64,000 nt of DNA from an uncultured Pantoea sp. (GTDB lineage: Bacteria; Pseudomonadota; Gammaproteobacteria; Enterobacterales; Enterobacteriaceae), in NCBI GenBank assembly GCA_966185695.1, contig CBIFUL010000010.1, positions 2,718-66,717 on the forward strand, given 5' to 3'. Each line of letters starts with the position of its first letter. The first letter of the stretch is position 1. The notes beneath the pieces were generated by a model. The model was not told the DNA's origin. It saw only the letters and a list, made by a program, of their open reading frames with translations, and ran no database searches. The position numbers were made by a program, and so were the translations under genes. Positions 40,643 through 49,930 of this stretch are shown piece by piece.

Positions 40643-41358
40643 TCATGCTCCAGAGTCAGTTCAATCATGTCGCCTCGCGTCAGGCTGACGGAGTATTCCG
40701 CTACCTGACCGTCGCGGTGTTTATTCAGGGTGCGCACGCACAGCAGCGGCGACTGCAACGCAATTTCCAGCTGCTTGCACTCTTTGGCCTGCGCGCGCCG
40801 CGTGCTGATGCGGGTTTGTGAACGGGTCAGGTTCAGGCCCAGCTGCTGCTGCATAAAATCATGCAGCGAGCCGCTGTGAAACTGTTGCAGCGTCGGCCAC
40901 CAACTCAGCTCGGCCAAAAAGTGGTTGATGACGCACACCGCGACGCCGTTCACCCGACGCAAGGTACGCAGATGGATGACGTTTTCGCCTTCGTTAATGG
41001 CCAGGGCGCTAGCGACATCGCTGCTGGCCGGGCGCAGCACCGCCAGCAAACGCTCGCTGGTGGGATGACTGCCCTGCTCCATCAGGTTCTGGCTGAAACG
41101 CGCTTGCGCATGTAGCGGGTAGTCGTAAGGACGCATCAGCACCAAAATGCCCACGCCGTGACGCCGTTGCAGCAACCCTTTATTCACCAACTCGTCCACC
41201 GCCCGACGCAGCGTGTGGCGATTCACTGCATAATGATCGGCCAGCTGTTGCTCGGAAGGCAGGTAATCGCCGCAGCGATAACGCTCCTGCAACGCCTGCT
41301 CCAGTTGGGCGGCAACCGCCTGGTAAACAGTGGTCGGATGTCTGGATATCTCCATCAC
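40639..41358 (-). CDS. phnF: GntR/HutC-family regulator PhnF
   Basis: LPSEQQLA, VNRHTLRRAV, RRHGVG, RFSQNL, RGDMIELT; GAGGT RBS then GTG 41358 / ATG 41355. Confidence 0.92.
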   Translation of the reverse strand: MMEISRHPTTVYQAVAAQLEQALQERYRCGDYLPSEQQLADHYAVNRHTLRRAVDELVNKGLLQRRHGVGILVLMRPYDYPLHAQARFSQNLMEQGSHPTSERLLAVLRPASSDVASALAINEGENVIHLRTLRRVNGVAVCVINHFLAELSWWPTLQQFHSGSLHDFMQQQLGLNLTRSQTRISTRRAQAKECKQLEIALQSPLLCVRTLNKHRDGQVAEYSVSLTRGDMIELTLEHE

Positions 41359-41435
41359 GTTCAATACCTCATTCGCTACAGGTTGAGGAGCGCAGCAAGA
41401 TGGCTGCGTGATGGCATTTACAGTGCGCGCGTCAG

Positions 41436-41473
41436 ATGACAGCGCCGTGACGGCGCAATGACGCCACGATGAA
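41436..41473 (-). promoter_or_regulatory. Tandem Pho boxes upstream of phnF
   Basis: Minus strand TTCAT/GTCAT/GTCAC/GTCAT at an exact 11-bp period (plus-strand starts 41469, 41458, 41447, 41436). Confidence 0.72.
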
Positions 41474-41666
41474 TTTGGCTAAAGAGAGGAGAATCTCGGC
41501 CAAACGGCGGCAGATTTAATAAAATATGTTTAACTGTTCCCTTTGTGACAGCGTTCAAGAATTTAGCGCTTATTTTCACCGATTTAGCGCTTCCCTTGCG
41601 CATCGCAGCCTCGGAAAATTCTGCTAAGTTAATAACTGACTCCCTTCTTGTGACGCGAACCCAAAA

Positions 41667-43832
41667 ATGATTAACACAATAAAACTATCGGATGGTTTTC
41701 GACGCAATTTCGTGCGTGAAGTCATTTTGCCGTTGGTGGCGATTCTGCTGCTGACCTTTGTGGGTGCCGGCATCGGGCTGTTCTGGGGCACGTCGCTAAC
41801 CAACAATGAAGCGCGCGATCAGCAGGAGCGCATGATCCAAGCCTCCTTTGCCCAGAGTCTGACGGAACATCTGCGCCAGCTGCGCAGCCTGACGCGCTGG
41901 TCGCCGCTGGCGGATCGGCTGGCGGAGAGCACGCCGGATCAGCACTGGCTTAATGAAAACGTCGGCAGCTGGCTGTATGACATGTTTGATCATCAGCTGG
42001 TGGTGCTGCTGGATCGCGACAATCAGCTGATTAACGTGTGGCGCAACGGCCAGGCGGTGCCGGATAAACGCGTCGGCCCCTATTTGCAGGACATGCTGAA
42101 CAGCCCGCTGGTGAAGCGCAGCGATGAAGCCGCTGGCCCCAATGATTTCGCCGATTTCGTGCGCATCGGCCAGCGCGCCGCTGCGCTGGCGGTGGGCGAT
42201 ATCAGCAGCACGCGTCAGGCCGGACGCTATCGTCTGGTGAGCATTAAGTTTCTGGATGATGGCTACCTGCGCAACCTGGCGGATCGCAGCCAGCTGCGCC
42301 AGCTGCACTTCAGCGACAGCGAACCGTTGGGTAAAACCAAAGCGCGCTACTTACTGAATTCGCAGCAAGGCGAGCCGGTGGGTTATCTCAGCTGGCAGCC
42401 GGATAAGCCGGGCGCGCAGATGCTGCGCACGCTGGGGCCAAGCACCTTGTTGTCGGTGCTGATGATCACCTTGTTGTGTCTGTTTATGGTGCGGCGCATC
42501 TGGACGTCATCGCTGAAGCTGTCGCAGTCGCTGCTCAAACTCGGCGCCAGCGAAGCGCAGGCGCAGCATCTGGCGTTTCACGATGTGCTGACCGGTTTAC
42601 CCAATCGCGCGCTGGTTGACGATCGCCTGACGCAAGCGCTGGCGCTGGCAACGCGTCACGATCAGCGCGTGGCGCTGCTGCTGCTCGATCTTGACCGCTT
42701 TAAAAACATCAATGACACCTACGGCCATCACGCGGGCGACGATTTAATTATTGAAGTGGCGAGACGCCTGAACGACATCGTGCGCGGCAGCGATACCGTT
42801 GGCCGCATCGGCGGCGACGAGTTCATTATCGTGATGCCCAACGTGGAGAATATTGGGCAGGTGCAGTCGCTGGCGAAGCGCATTATTACGCGCCTGAGCG
42901 AGCCGTATCAGGTGGTTGGCAGCGAACTGTGGGTCGGCGTGAGCGTGGGTTTGGCGCTGGCGCCCAAAGACGGTGTTGATCGGCACGAGCTGATGCGCAA
43001 AGCCGATATCGCGCTGTATGAAGCCAAAAATAACGGGCGCGGCCAATATCGTCAGTTTGAAAAAGTGATGGACGAGTCGCTGCGCACCCGTCAAAGCCTG
43101 GCGGCCGATCTGCGCCAGGCGTTAACCACCTTCAACGGATTAGCGGTGTGGTATCAGCCGCTGATGGATATTGATGGGCAACGCGTGGTGGGTTTGGAAG
43201 CGCTGCTGCGCTGGCATCACGTGGTGCGCGGCGATGTGTCGCCCGGCGATTTTATTGCCATCGCCGAGGAGACCGGGATGATCATTCCGCTGGGCGAATG
43301 GGTGCTGCGCGAGGCCTGTAAAACCTCGCTGAAGCTGCCGCAGGTGATTGTGGCGGTGAACGTTTCGCCGGTGCAGTTCCGCGCCAGCGGCTTTGTGGAG
43401 CGCATTATTGAGATTGTGCAGGCCGAAGGTGCCGATCCGCACCGTATGGAGCTGGAGATCACCGAAGGGGTGCTGATCGAAGATGAACACGAGGCGCGCA
43501 ACAACATTATCGCCCTGCGTGAAGCCGGTTTCCGCATCGCGCTGGACGATTTCGGCACCGGTTATTCCAGCCTGAATTACCTCAGCACCTTCCCGGTGGA
43601 CAAAATCAAGATTGACCGATCTTTTACCCAATCACTGGGCGTGGCGCAGAATTCGAATGCAATTGTCGAATCGGTGGTACGGCTAGGGCATGCGATGGGA
43701 TTAACCGTGACGGCGGAAGGTGTCGAAACCGAAGGCCAGAAGTCCGCGCTGGCCGATGCGGGCTGCAACCAGCTGCAAGGGTATTTGTTCAGCCAGGCAG
43801 TACCGTTCGAAGTGGTGGAGAAGATGGTTTGA
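41667..43832 (+). CDS. Membrane-bound diguanylate cyclase/phosphodiesterase (CHASE4-like, GGDEF, EAL)
   Basis: TM helix plus periplasmic domain; intact GGDEF with RGSD I-site; LEALLRW; DDFGTGYSSL; EGVET. Confidence 0.9.
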   Translation: MINTIKLSDGFRRNFVREVILPLVAILLLTFVGAGIGLFWGTSLTNNEARDQQERMIQASFAQSLTEHLRQLRSLTRWSPLADRLAESTPDQHWLNENVGSWLYDMFDHQLVVLLDRDNQLINVWRNGQAVPDKRVGPYLQDMLNSPLVKRSDEAAGPNDFADFVRIGQRAAALAVGDISSTRQAGRYRLVSIKFLDDGYLRNLADRSQLRQLHFSDSEPLGKTKARYLLNSQQGEPVGYLSWQPDKPGAQMLRTLGPSTLLSVLMITLLCLFMVRRIWTSSLKLSQSLLKLGASEAQAQHLAFHDVLTGLPNRALVDDRLTQALALATRHDQRVALLLLDLDRFKNINDTYGHHAGDDLIIEVARRLNDIVRGSDTVGRIGGDEFIIVMPNVENIGQVQSLAKRIITRLSEPYQVVGSELWVGVSVGLALAPKDGVDRHELMRKADIALYEAKNNGRGQYRQFEKVMDESLRTRQSLAADLRQALTTFNGLAVWYQPLMDIDGQRVVGLEALLRWHHVVRGDVSPGDFIAIAEETGMIIPLGEWVLREACKTSLKLPQVIVAVNVSPVQFRASGFVERIIEIVQAEGADPHRMELEITEGVLIEDEHEARNNIIALREAGFRIALDDFGTGYSSLNYLSTFPVDKIKIDRSFTQSLGVAQNSNAIVESVVRLGHAMGLTVTAEGVETEGQKSALADAGCNQLQGYLFSQAVPFEVVEKMV

Positions 43833-43842
43833 GGTTATTTAC

Positions 43843-44182
43843 TGGCGACCGGTAACCAGGTGCGCAAAAATGCGCACCCTACAACCTCATCTTTACACCG
43901 TTTACGATTACCCGCTCCGGCTAACGTAGGGTCGCCATTCATGGCGACCAGAAATCCAGGTGCGCAAGAATGCGCACCCTACAACCTCATCTTTACACTG
44001 TTGACTATTACCCGCTCCGGTTAACGTAGGGTCGCCATCCATGGCGACCTGGCATCCAGGTGCGCAAGAATGTGCACCCTACAACCTCAACTTTACACCG
44101 CTGACAATTACCCACTCCGGTTAACGTAGGGTCGCCATTCACGGCGACCAGGCATCCGGGTGCGCAAGTAAACGTACCCAAC
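43843..44182. repeat. Left RAYT-flanking REP array, exact 100-bp period
   Basis: REP-A (GGTGCGCAAGAATGCGCACCCTAC) at 43859, 43959, 44059 and degenerate 44159; REP-B (GTAGGGTCGCCATTCATGGCGACC) at 43926, 44026, 44126. Confidence 0.95.
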
Positions 44183-44309
44183 AAGACTTTTTATTGGTCT
44201 GGAATTTTACTTAAACAATAATAAATCTGAATACCGCTCGCATTAAATCAACGCTACCTTCGATCCGTTGTTAAATATGCGGCAACATTGATCGGGCAAG
44301 GAGGCTAAA

Positions 44310-44780
44310 ATGAAATATCGTAAATACCCCCGTCTTAAATTTCATGATTACCGTGCCAATGGCGCTTATTTTTTTACAATTATTTGCTACCGTCGAAAAC
44401 CTTTGTTTGGAGAAATCCGGACTGGACAAATGTTTCCTACCACACTGGGTCAGCGTGTTATCAGTGCATGGAAGCAATTAGAGCGCCGTTATCCTTGGGT
44501 GGAAACTGACGCTGTTATAGTGATGCCCAATCATTTTCACGGAATCATCTGGCTTACTGAAAATAGCCCGTATTCGATTTGTAGGATTATGAATGGATTT
44601 AAAGCGGGCGTTTCGCGTGAAGCAGGTTTTAAAGTTTGGCAACGTAGTTTTTATGACCGTGTTATCCGTAATGAAAATGAATTATTTAATGCCCGTAAAT
44701 ACATAGAAGAGAATCCCCTTCGCTGGGAATTAGATCGATTATATATACAAGACAAGCACTCCTTTGCATCTTATAAATAA
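44310..44780 (+). mobile_element. REP-associated tyrosine transposase (RAYT/TnpA-REP, Y1 HUH nuclease), 156 aa
   Basis: YFFTIIC, VMPNHFHGII (HUH), WQRSFYDRVIRNE, KYIEENP (catalytic Tyr); AT-rich relative to neighbours; flanked by GTAG REPs; GGAGG RBS. Confidence 0.92.
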
Positions 44781-44793
44781 CCATAAAGTAATT

Positions 44794-45128
44794 GTAGGGT
44801 CGCCATTCATGGCGCCCAGAAATCCAGGTGCGCAAGAATGCGCACCCTACAACCCCACCTTTGTACCGCTGACACTTACCTGCTCCGGTTAACGTAGGGT
44901 CGCCATTCATGGCGACCAGAAATCCAGGTGCGCAAGAATGCGCACCCTACAATCCCACCTTTATACCGCTGACAATTATCTGCTCCGGTAATGTAGGGTC
45001 GCCATTCATGGCGACCTGGCATCCGGGTGCGCAAGAATGCGCACCCTACAACCTCATCTTTACACTGTTGACTATTACCCGCTCCGGTTAACGTAGGGTC
45101 GCCATTCATGGCGACCAGGCATCCGGGT
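44794..45128. repeat. Right RAYT-flanking REP array, 100/99/100-bp period
   Basis: REP-B at 44794, 44894, 44993, 45093 alternating with three REP-A copies. Confidence 0.95.
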
Positions 45129-45154
45129 GAGACGTTAAATTTTACATTTTTAAA

Positions 45155-47110
45155 CTAAACCAGCATTGCCGGATAGCGCTGGCGCAGCGCGGTGAACAGC
45201 TGTTCCATGTTTACCTCGGCATTCGCCGCCACCGCTTCGAACACCTGCTGCTTCAAGAAATGCCGCCAGCTTACCGGCGCGGCGGCGAGGAATGCGGTTA
45301 ACAAACGATAACGCTCCGCCGTCCAAACGGCTTCGAATGCCGTGCGCGCTGTGCCGTGGTCAAAATGGTGATCCGCACGATGGCGCATCTCTGCGCGCAA
45401 GCTGGCCGTTGCCGCCGCATCGATTTCACCCGTGACCAGCGCCACGCCGTAACGGTCGCGCGCCGCCTGGGCGGAGATAAAGCCGCAGCGCACATCCTGC
45501 AACACCCGCTCGGCATCGCGCTGCACCGGCAAACCGTAGCCGCCTGCGCCCGGCCCGCGCACTTCAACGATGTCACCCGGCTGGCAGTGGATCACATCGG
45601 TGTTGCCATGTTCCAGCACCTCCCCGTTGCGCCGCGTGCGGAAGTGCGACAGCGCACCGCACTCGCCGCCCAGCACGCCCGCCGAGGCAAAAACTGAGCG
45701 GTTGCGGTTGCGCGCCGTCACCGTGGTATTCGGCGCGAAAATCTCAAACGCCATTTCGGTGGCTAAGCCGCCGCGATAGCGTCCTGCCCCGGCGCTGTCG
45801 ACGGCCAAGCCGTAGCGATGGAAATGAATCGGCACTTCGGCTTCGTTGATCTCAATCGGGGTATTTTTCAAAAACGCCGATAACCCGCCGGAGCCGTCGG
45901 GGCCATCGTGACGTGGCGTGCCGCCTGCGCCGCCGCCCACCGGGCCGAGTGACGCCACCACGCTGCGATTAGCACTGTCGCTGGTGCGGATATTCATTAT
46001 CGAATTACCGCCCGGTGAGTTCGCCGGTAAACGGTCGGGAATCGCCTGCGAGAACACGCCGAGCGTGGCGATCTGCGACAGCGCGCAGGTCAGCGAACGC
46101 ATACCCACCGCCGCAGGCGCTTCGCAGTTCATTACCGTGCCCGGCGGCAAAATGGCGCGCGTTGGGCGCAAGGTGCCCGCATTTAGCAGCAGATGAGGAT
46201 CCAACGTCGCCAGCACATACGTCACGCCCACCAGCGCCAGCGGATGCCGTTCGCGTCCGCCGGTGGGCATATTCAGCGATGACGCCAACTGCGGATCGCT
46301 GCCGGTGTAATCCAGCTCCAGCGTCTCGCCGCGAATGCGCAAGGTAATTGCCACGCGGCACGGAAAGCCCCCTTCGCCATCCTCATCCGCGAAATCGGCG
46401 TAGAAGTAGTCGCCGTCGGGCAAGGTGGCGATGATGCTGCGCGCCTGCGCTTCGGCGTAATCCAGTATGCCTGCAATACCTTGCAGGAAATCCTCGACGC
46501 CAAATCGCGCAATGATGTCGTGGATCTTGCGTTCGCCGACGTTCACCGAAGCGATCTGCGCTTTGAAATCACCCCAGTTTTGCGCCGGCGCGCGCACGTT
46601 AAGGCGCATGATGCGCGCCACTTCTTCATTCAACTCGCCGTGCCGCACAATTTTCAGCGGCGGAATGCGGATGCCCTCCTGCACAATATCGGTGAGCGAA
46701 CGCGACAGCGAGGCGGGCACCGCGCCGCCCACGTCGGTATTGTGAATGTGTCCCACCACAAAACAGACGATCTCGCCATGATGGAACACCGGTTTCCAGA
46801 TGTGGATATCCGGTGAATGCGTCGCCACGTTGCCTGCGTAGGAGTCATTGGTGATGCAGATGTCACCCTCCTCGTAGTGGTCGATCAGGGCCAGGACCGG
46901 GCCGTAATCAATGCCGCTGTACCAGGGCGCGCCGAAACTGCGCGGCGAGGCAAAAGCTAAGCCGTCGCGGCTGACGATCTGGCAGGAAAAGTCCTCCGTC
47001 TCCTTCACGAAAGTGGAGTGCGCGGTGCGCATCAGGGTAAAGGCCATCGCATCGGCGGCCGCGGCGCAGTAGTTGGCCAGAATTTGCAGATTACGTCCGT
47101 CAATCGCCAT
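45155..47110 (-). CDS. Hydantoinase B / 5-oxoprolinase-family subunit
   Basis: MRTAHSTFVKETEDFS, NDSYAG..HSPD, HNTDVGG. Confidence 0.9.
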   Translation of the reverse strand: MAIDGRNLQILANYCAAAADAMAFTLMRTAHSTFVKETEDFSCQIVSRDGLAFASPRSFGAPWYSGIDYGPVLALIDHYEEGDICITNDSYAGNVATHSPDIHIWKPVFHHGEIVCFVVGHIHNTDVGGAVPASLSRSLTDIVQEGIRIPPLKIVRHGELNEEVARIMRLNVRAPAQNWGDFKAQIASVNVGERKIHDIIARFGVEDFLQGIAGILDYAEAQARSIIATLPDGDYFYADFADEDGEGGFPCRVAITLRIRGETLELDYTGSDPQLASSLNMPTGGRERHPLALVGVTYVLATLDPHLLLNAGTLRPTRAILPPGTVMNCEAPAAVGMRSLTCALSQIATLGVFSQAIPDRLPANSPGGNSIMNIRTSDSANRSVVASLGPVGGGAGGTPRHDGPDGSGGLSAFLKNTPIEINEAEVPIHFHRYGLAVDSAGAGRYRGGLATEMAFEIFAPNTTVTARNRNRSVFASAGVLGGECGALSHFRTRRNGEVLEHGNTDVIHCQPGDIVEVRGPGAGGYGLPVQRDAERVLQDVRCGFISAQAARDRYGVALVTGEIDAAATASLRAEMRHRADHHFDHGTARTAFEAVWTAERYRLLTAFLAAAPVSWRHFLKQQVFEAVAANAEVNMEQLFTALRQRYPAMLV

Positions 47111-47111
47111 C

Positions 47112-49160
47112 TTAGTTCGCCTCCTGCGGCGTGATCAGTAGGTTGCCAAAGGCGTCGACATCCACTTGCATGCGCGGCGGCACGCAGGTGGTGCAATCGT
47201 CCTGCGCGATAATTACCGGCCCGATCAGCTGGTGCCCGGCGCGCAGGGTGGCGCGTGCCACCACATCCACCTGATGCGCCGCGCCATCGATCCATGCGCT
47301 CACCCGCTTCACCACCTCCACGGGCGCAGCAGCGGCGGGCAGCGGCGCGAGCGTGGGTTTCGGCGTAGGCGAAGCGATCACTAAACGCAGGTTGATGATT
47401 TGTACCGGCGCGGCGGCATCACAATGGCCAAACAGCTGCTGATGCTGACGATCAAAGGCCGCGTGCAGCGCAGCGACATCGGCCTGCGCCAGCCAGTCTG
47501 GTTCCAGCGTGACTTCGATTTCAAACGATTGCCCGCGATAGCGCATATCCGCGCTGTAATGCAGCGTAAACGGCAGGTTGCCGCCGTGCTGCGCCGCCAG
47601 CCAATCACGCGCGCGTTGGCTAAGCGCCTCGGCTTCCGTCGCCAGACGATCGGCCACTGCGTTATCCAGATCGCTGTACAGCGTGCGGATAAAGTCGTTG
47701 CGAATATCGGCCACCAAGCCGCCCAGTGCGGACAGCACGCCCGGCGTGGGCGGCACGATCACCCCTTTCATGTTGAGTTCACGCGCGAGGAAACAGCCCA
47801 TCATCGGGCCTGCGCCGCCAAAGGCAAGGAACCAGAATTCACGCGGATCGAGGCCAAAGCGCGACAGCAAGCCGCTGGTGTCGCCGTACATGCTGGAGAT
47901 CGCCAGCTCGATGGCGGTTTCCGCCGTCTCTTCCACCGTAATGCCGAGCCGATCGGCCAGCGGCTGCCACGCGGCGCGCGCGGCGGCGACGTCCACCTGC
48001 ACCGCGTTGTAGCCGAGATCGCCGTGCCCAATCATGCCGCAGGCGGCAAAGGCGTCGGTGGCGGTCGGCTGCGTGCCGCCGCGCTGGAAGCACACCGGCC
48101 CCGGCAGCGACCCGGCGCTGTCTGGCCCCATTTGCAGCACGCCCTGATTATCGATCCACGCCAGCGATCCGCCGCCCTGCCCGACCGACGTCACCGCAAC
48201 GGAAGGAATATAGATGGGGAAATCCCCGATGATTTCGCCGTTGCCCTGCGCCACCTGCCCATCCACGATCACCGCCACGTCGGCGCTGGTGCCGCCGATA
48301 TCCAGGCTGAGGATTTTGTCGAAACCGCAGGCGCTGGCGAGGAAGCTGGCGCCAATCACCCCCGAGGCCGTGCCTGACAGCACCATCTGCACGCATTCGC
48401 TTTTGGCCTGCTCCACCCCCATCACGCCGCCGTTGGATTTGGTGATGCGCGGCGGCGGCCGCACGCCCATGCTTTGCAGCGCGGTCTCGAAGGATTCGAG
48501 GTAGTGAATCACCATCGGCTGCACGTAGGCATTGATGGTGGCGGTGATGGTGCGCTCGTATTCGCGAATGATCGGCCAGATATCGGCGGAACATGAGGTG
48601 AGCAGCTCCGGCGCCACCTCATCAATAATGGCTTTCACCGCCGCTTCGTTGTGGCGATTGCGGTAGCTGTGCAGCAGCGCCACCACGATGCCCTGACAAC
48701 CGGCGGCGCGCGCCGCGGCAATCGCAGCCAGCACGCTTTGGCGATCGACCGCCTGCAACACTTTGCCGTGCCGATCGCAGCGCTCCTTGATGGCAAATAC
48801 GCGATCGCGCGTAATCAGCGGTGCCGGGCGGCGCGAGAACAGATCGTGAATATGCGGAATCTTCAGGCGCGCCAGCTCCAGCACGTCGCAAAATCCCTCG
48901 GTGGCGAACAGCGCGAGACGCACGCCACGCCGCTGAATCACCGCGTTGATCCCCACCGTGGTGCCGTGCGTGAAGTACTCAATCTGCTGCGGATCGATGC
49001 CATCACGCTGCTGTAACTGCGCCAGCCCGGTAAGGATTTCGCTGCCTGGCCGATCGGGACGCGACAGCACTTTAAGCGTATGAATCTGATGGGTTTGCTG
49101 ATTCAGCACGGCGAAATCGGTGAACGATCCGCCAATATCAACGCCAACGCGGTAACTCAT
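47112..49160 (-). CDS. Hydantoinase A / 5-oxoprolinase-family ATP-binding subunit
   Basis: RVGVDIGGSFTD, HGTTVGINA, EYERT, LSGTASG, DIGGTSADV, GGAGP. Confidence 0.92.
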   Translation of the reverse strand: MSYRVGVDIGGSFTDFAVLNQQTHQIHTLKVLSRPDRPGSEILTGLAQLQQRDGIDPQQIEYFTHGTTVGINAVIQRRGVRLALFATEGFCDVLELARLKIPHIHDLFSRRPAPLITRDRVFAIKERCDRHGKVLQAVDRQSVLAAIAAARAAGCQGIVVALLHSYRNRHNEAAVKAIIDEVAPELLTSCSADIWPIIREYERTITATINAYVQPMVIHYLESFETALQSMGVRPPPRITKSNGGVMGVEQAKSECVQMVLSGTASGVIGASFLASACGFDKILSLDIGGTSADVAVIVDGQVAQGNGEIIGDFPIYIPSVAVTSVGQGGGSLAWIDNQGVLQMGPDSAGSLPGPVCFQRGGTQPTATDAFAACGMIGHGDLGYNAVQVDVAAARAAWQPLADRLGITVEETAETAIELAISSMYGDTSGLLSRFGLDPREFWFLAFGGAGPMMGCFLARELNMKGVIVPPTPGVLSALGGLVADIRNDFIRTLYSDLDNAVADRLATEAEALSQRARDWLAAQHGGNLPFTLHYSADMRYRGQSFEIEVTLEPDWLAQADVAALHAAFDRQHQQLFGHCDAAAPVQIINLRLVIASPTPKPTLAPLPAAAAPVEVVKRVSAWIDGAAHQVDVVARATLRAGHQLIGPVIIAQDDCTTCVPPRMQVDVDAFGNLLITPQEAN

Positions 49161-49178
49161 GGTGTGAAAGCTCCGTGA

Positions 49179-49631
49179 TCAGGAGAGAGGAAATTCCATC
49201 AGTTTTTGCGGGTCCTGCACCACGCGCCAGCCAAGGCGCTGATACAGCTGATGGGCATCATGGGTGGCAAGCATCCAGCGGTGTACGGTGGCGAGTTCCG
49301 GGTGCGCACGCACGCAGGTCGCCAGCCACGTCCCCAGGCCGTGACCGCGCCAGGCTTCATCGATCATCACGTCACACAGCCAGCCAAAGCGGGTGTAATC
49401 GGTAACCAGGCGCGCGAAGCCGATTTGCTGCTCCTGGTGATAGACGCCAAACGGCAGCGATCCGGCAAAGGCGCGTTCGGTTTTGGCGCGCGACTGTTCT
49501 TTCGCCCAGTAGGATTTCTCTACCAGCTGCTGATGAATCCAATCCATATCCAGCCGCTGACGCTTGGTGGAGATAGTGAAGTCATCGCGCTGCCACAGGT
49601 GATCGGCAATGGTTAAGGACATAAAGGCCAC
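49179..49631 (-). CDS. GNAT N-acetyltransferase
   Basis: QIGFARLVTDY, RGHGLGTWL, LATHDAHQLY. Confidence 0.88.
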   Translation of the reverse strand: MAFMSLTIADHLWQRDDFTISTKRQRLDMDWIHQQLVEKSYWAKEQSRAKTERAFAGSLPFGVYHQEQQIGFARLVTDYTRFGWLCDVMIDEAWRGHGLGTWLATCVRAHPELATVHRWMLATHDAHQLYQRLGWRVVQDPQKLMEFPLS

Positions 49632-49834
49632 TCCTTATGAGGTTTATTGAGTGTACGGACAGACGGGTACGCACGGCGTTTGAAGCCGCCGCGTTAACAG
49701 CAAAGATAGAGGGAATTTTGTGGCGTGAAGAAATTTTATGCTGCGGGATAAATAAGGCCGCTAAGGGTTAACGCGCGGGTGTGTGGATGGCACATCGCAT
49801 CAGGCGTCATTGCGCATCGTGCGGTGATTAACAC

Positions 49835-49889
49835 GGTCGCCATGAATGGCGACCCTACGGGTTTTGTAGGGTGCGCATTTATGCGCACC
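49835..49889. repeat. REP-B/REP-A pair (family 1), 7-bp spacer
   Basis: ggtcgccatgaatggcgaccctac-gggtttt-gtagggtgcgcatttatgcgcacc. Confidence 0.9.
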
Positions 49890-49930
49890 TGGAGTATTTT
49901 TTGGAATTTTTAGCCCATTCCGCGGGGAAA

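Noticed and set aside
44686-45109. Small ORFs in the right array (44686-44910, 44876-45109, 44909-45091)
   Set aside because: They are translations of the repeat unit, with no RBS or coding signal.
43843-45128. CRISPR array interpretation of the periodic repeats
   Set aside because: The spacers are near-identical to each other rather than unique, the repeats are two alternating GTAG hairpins, and the adjacent gene is a Y1 HUH transposase with no cas genes.
49729-49742. Lrp-like site AGAAATTTTATGCT upstream of the GNAT-hydantoinase genes
   Set aside because: The Lrp consensus is too degenerate for a single AT-rich match to count as evidence.
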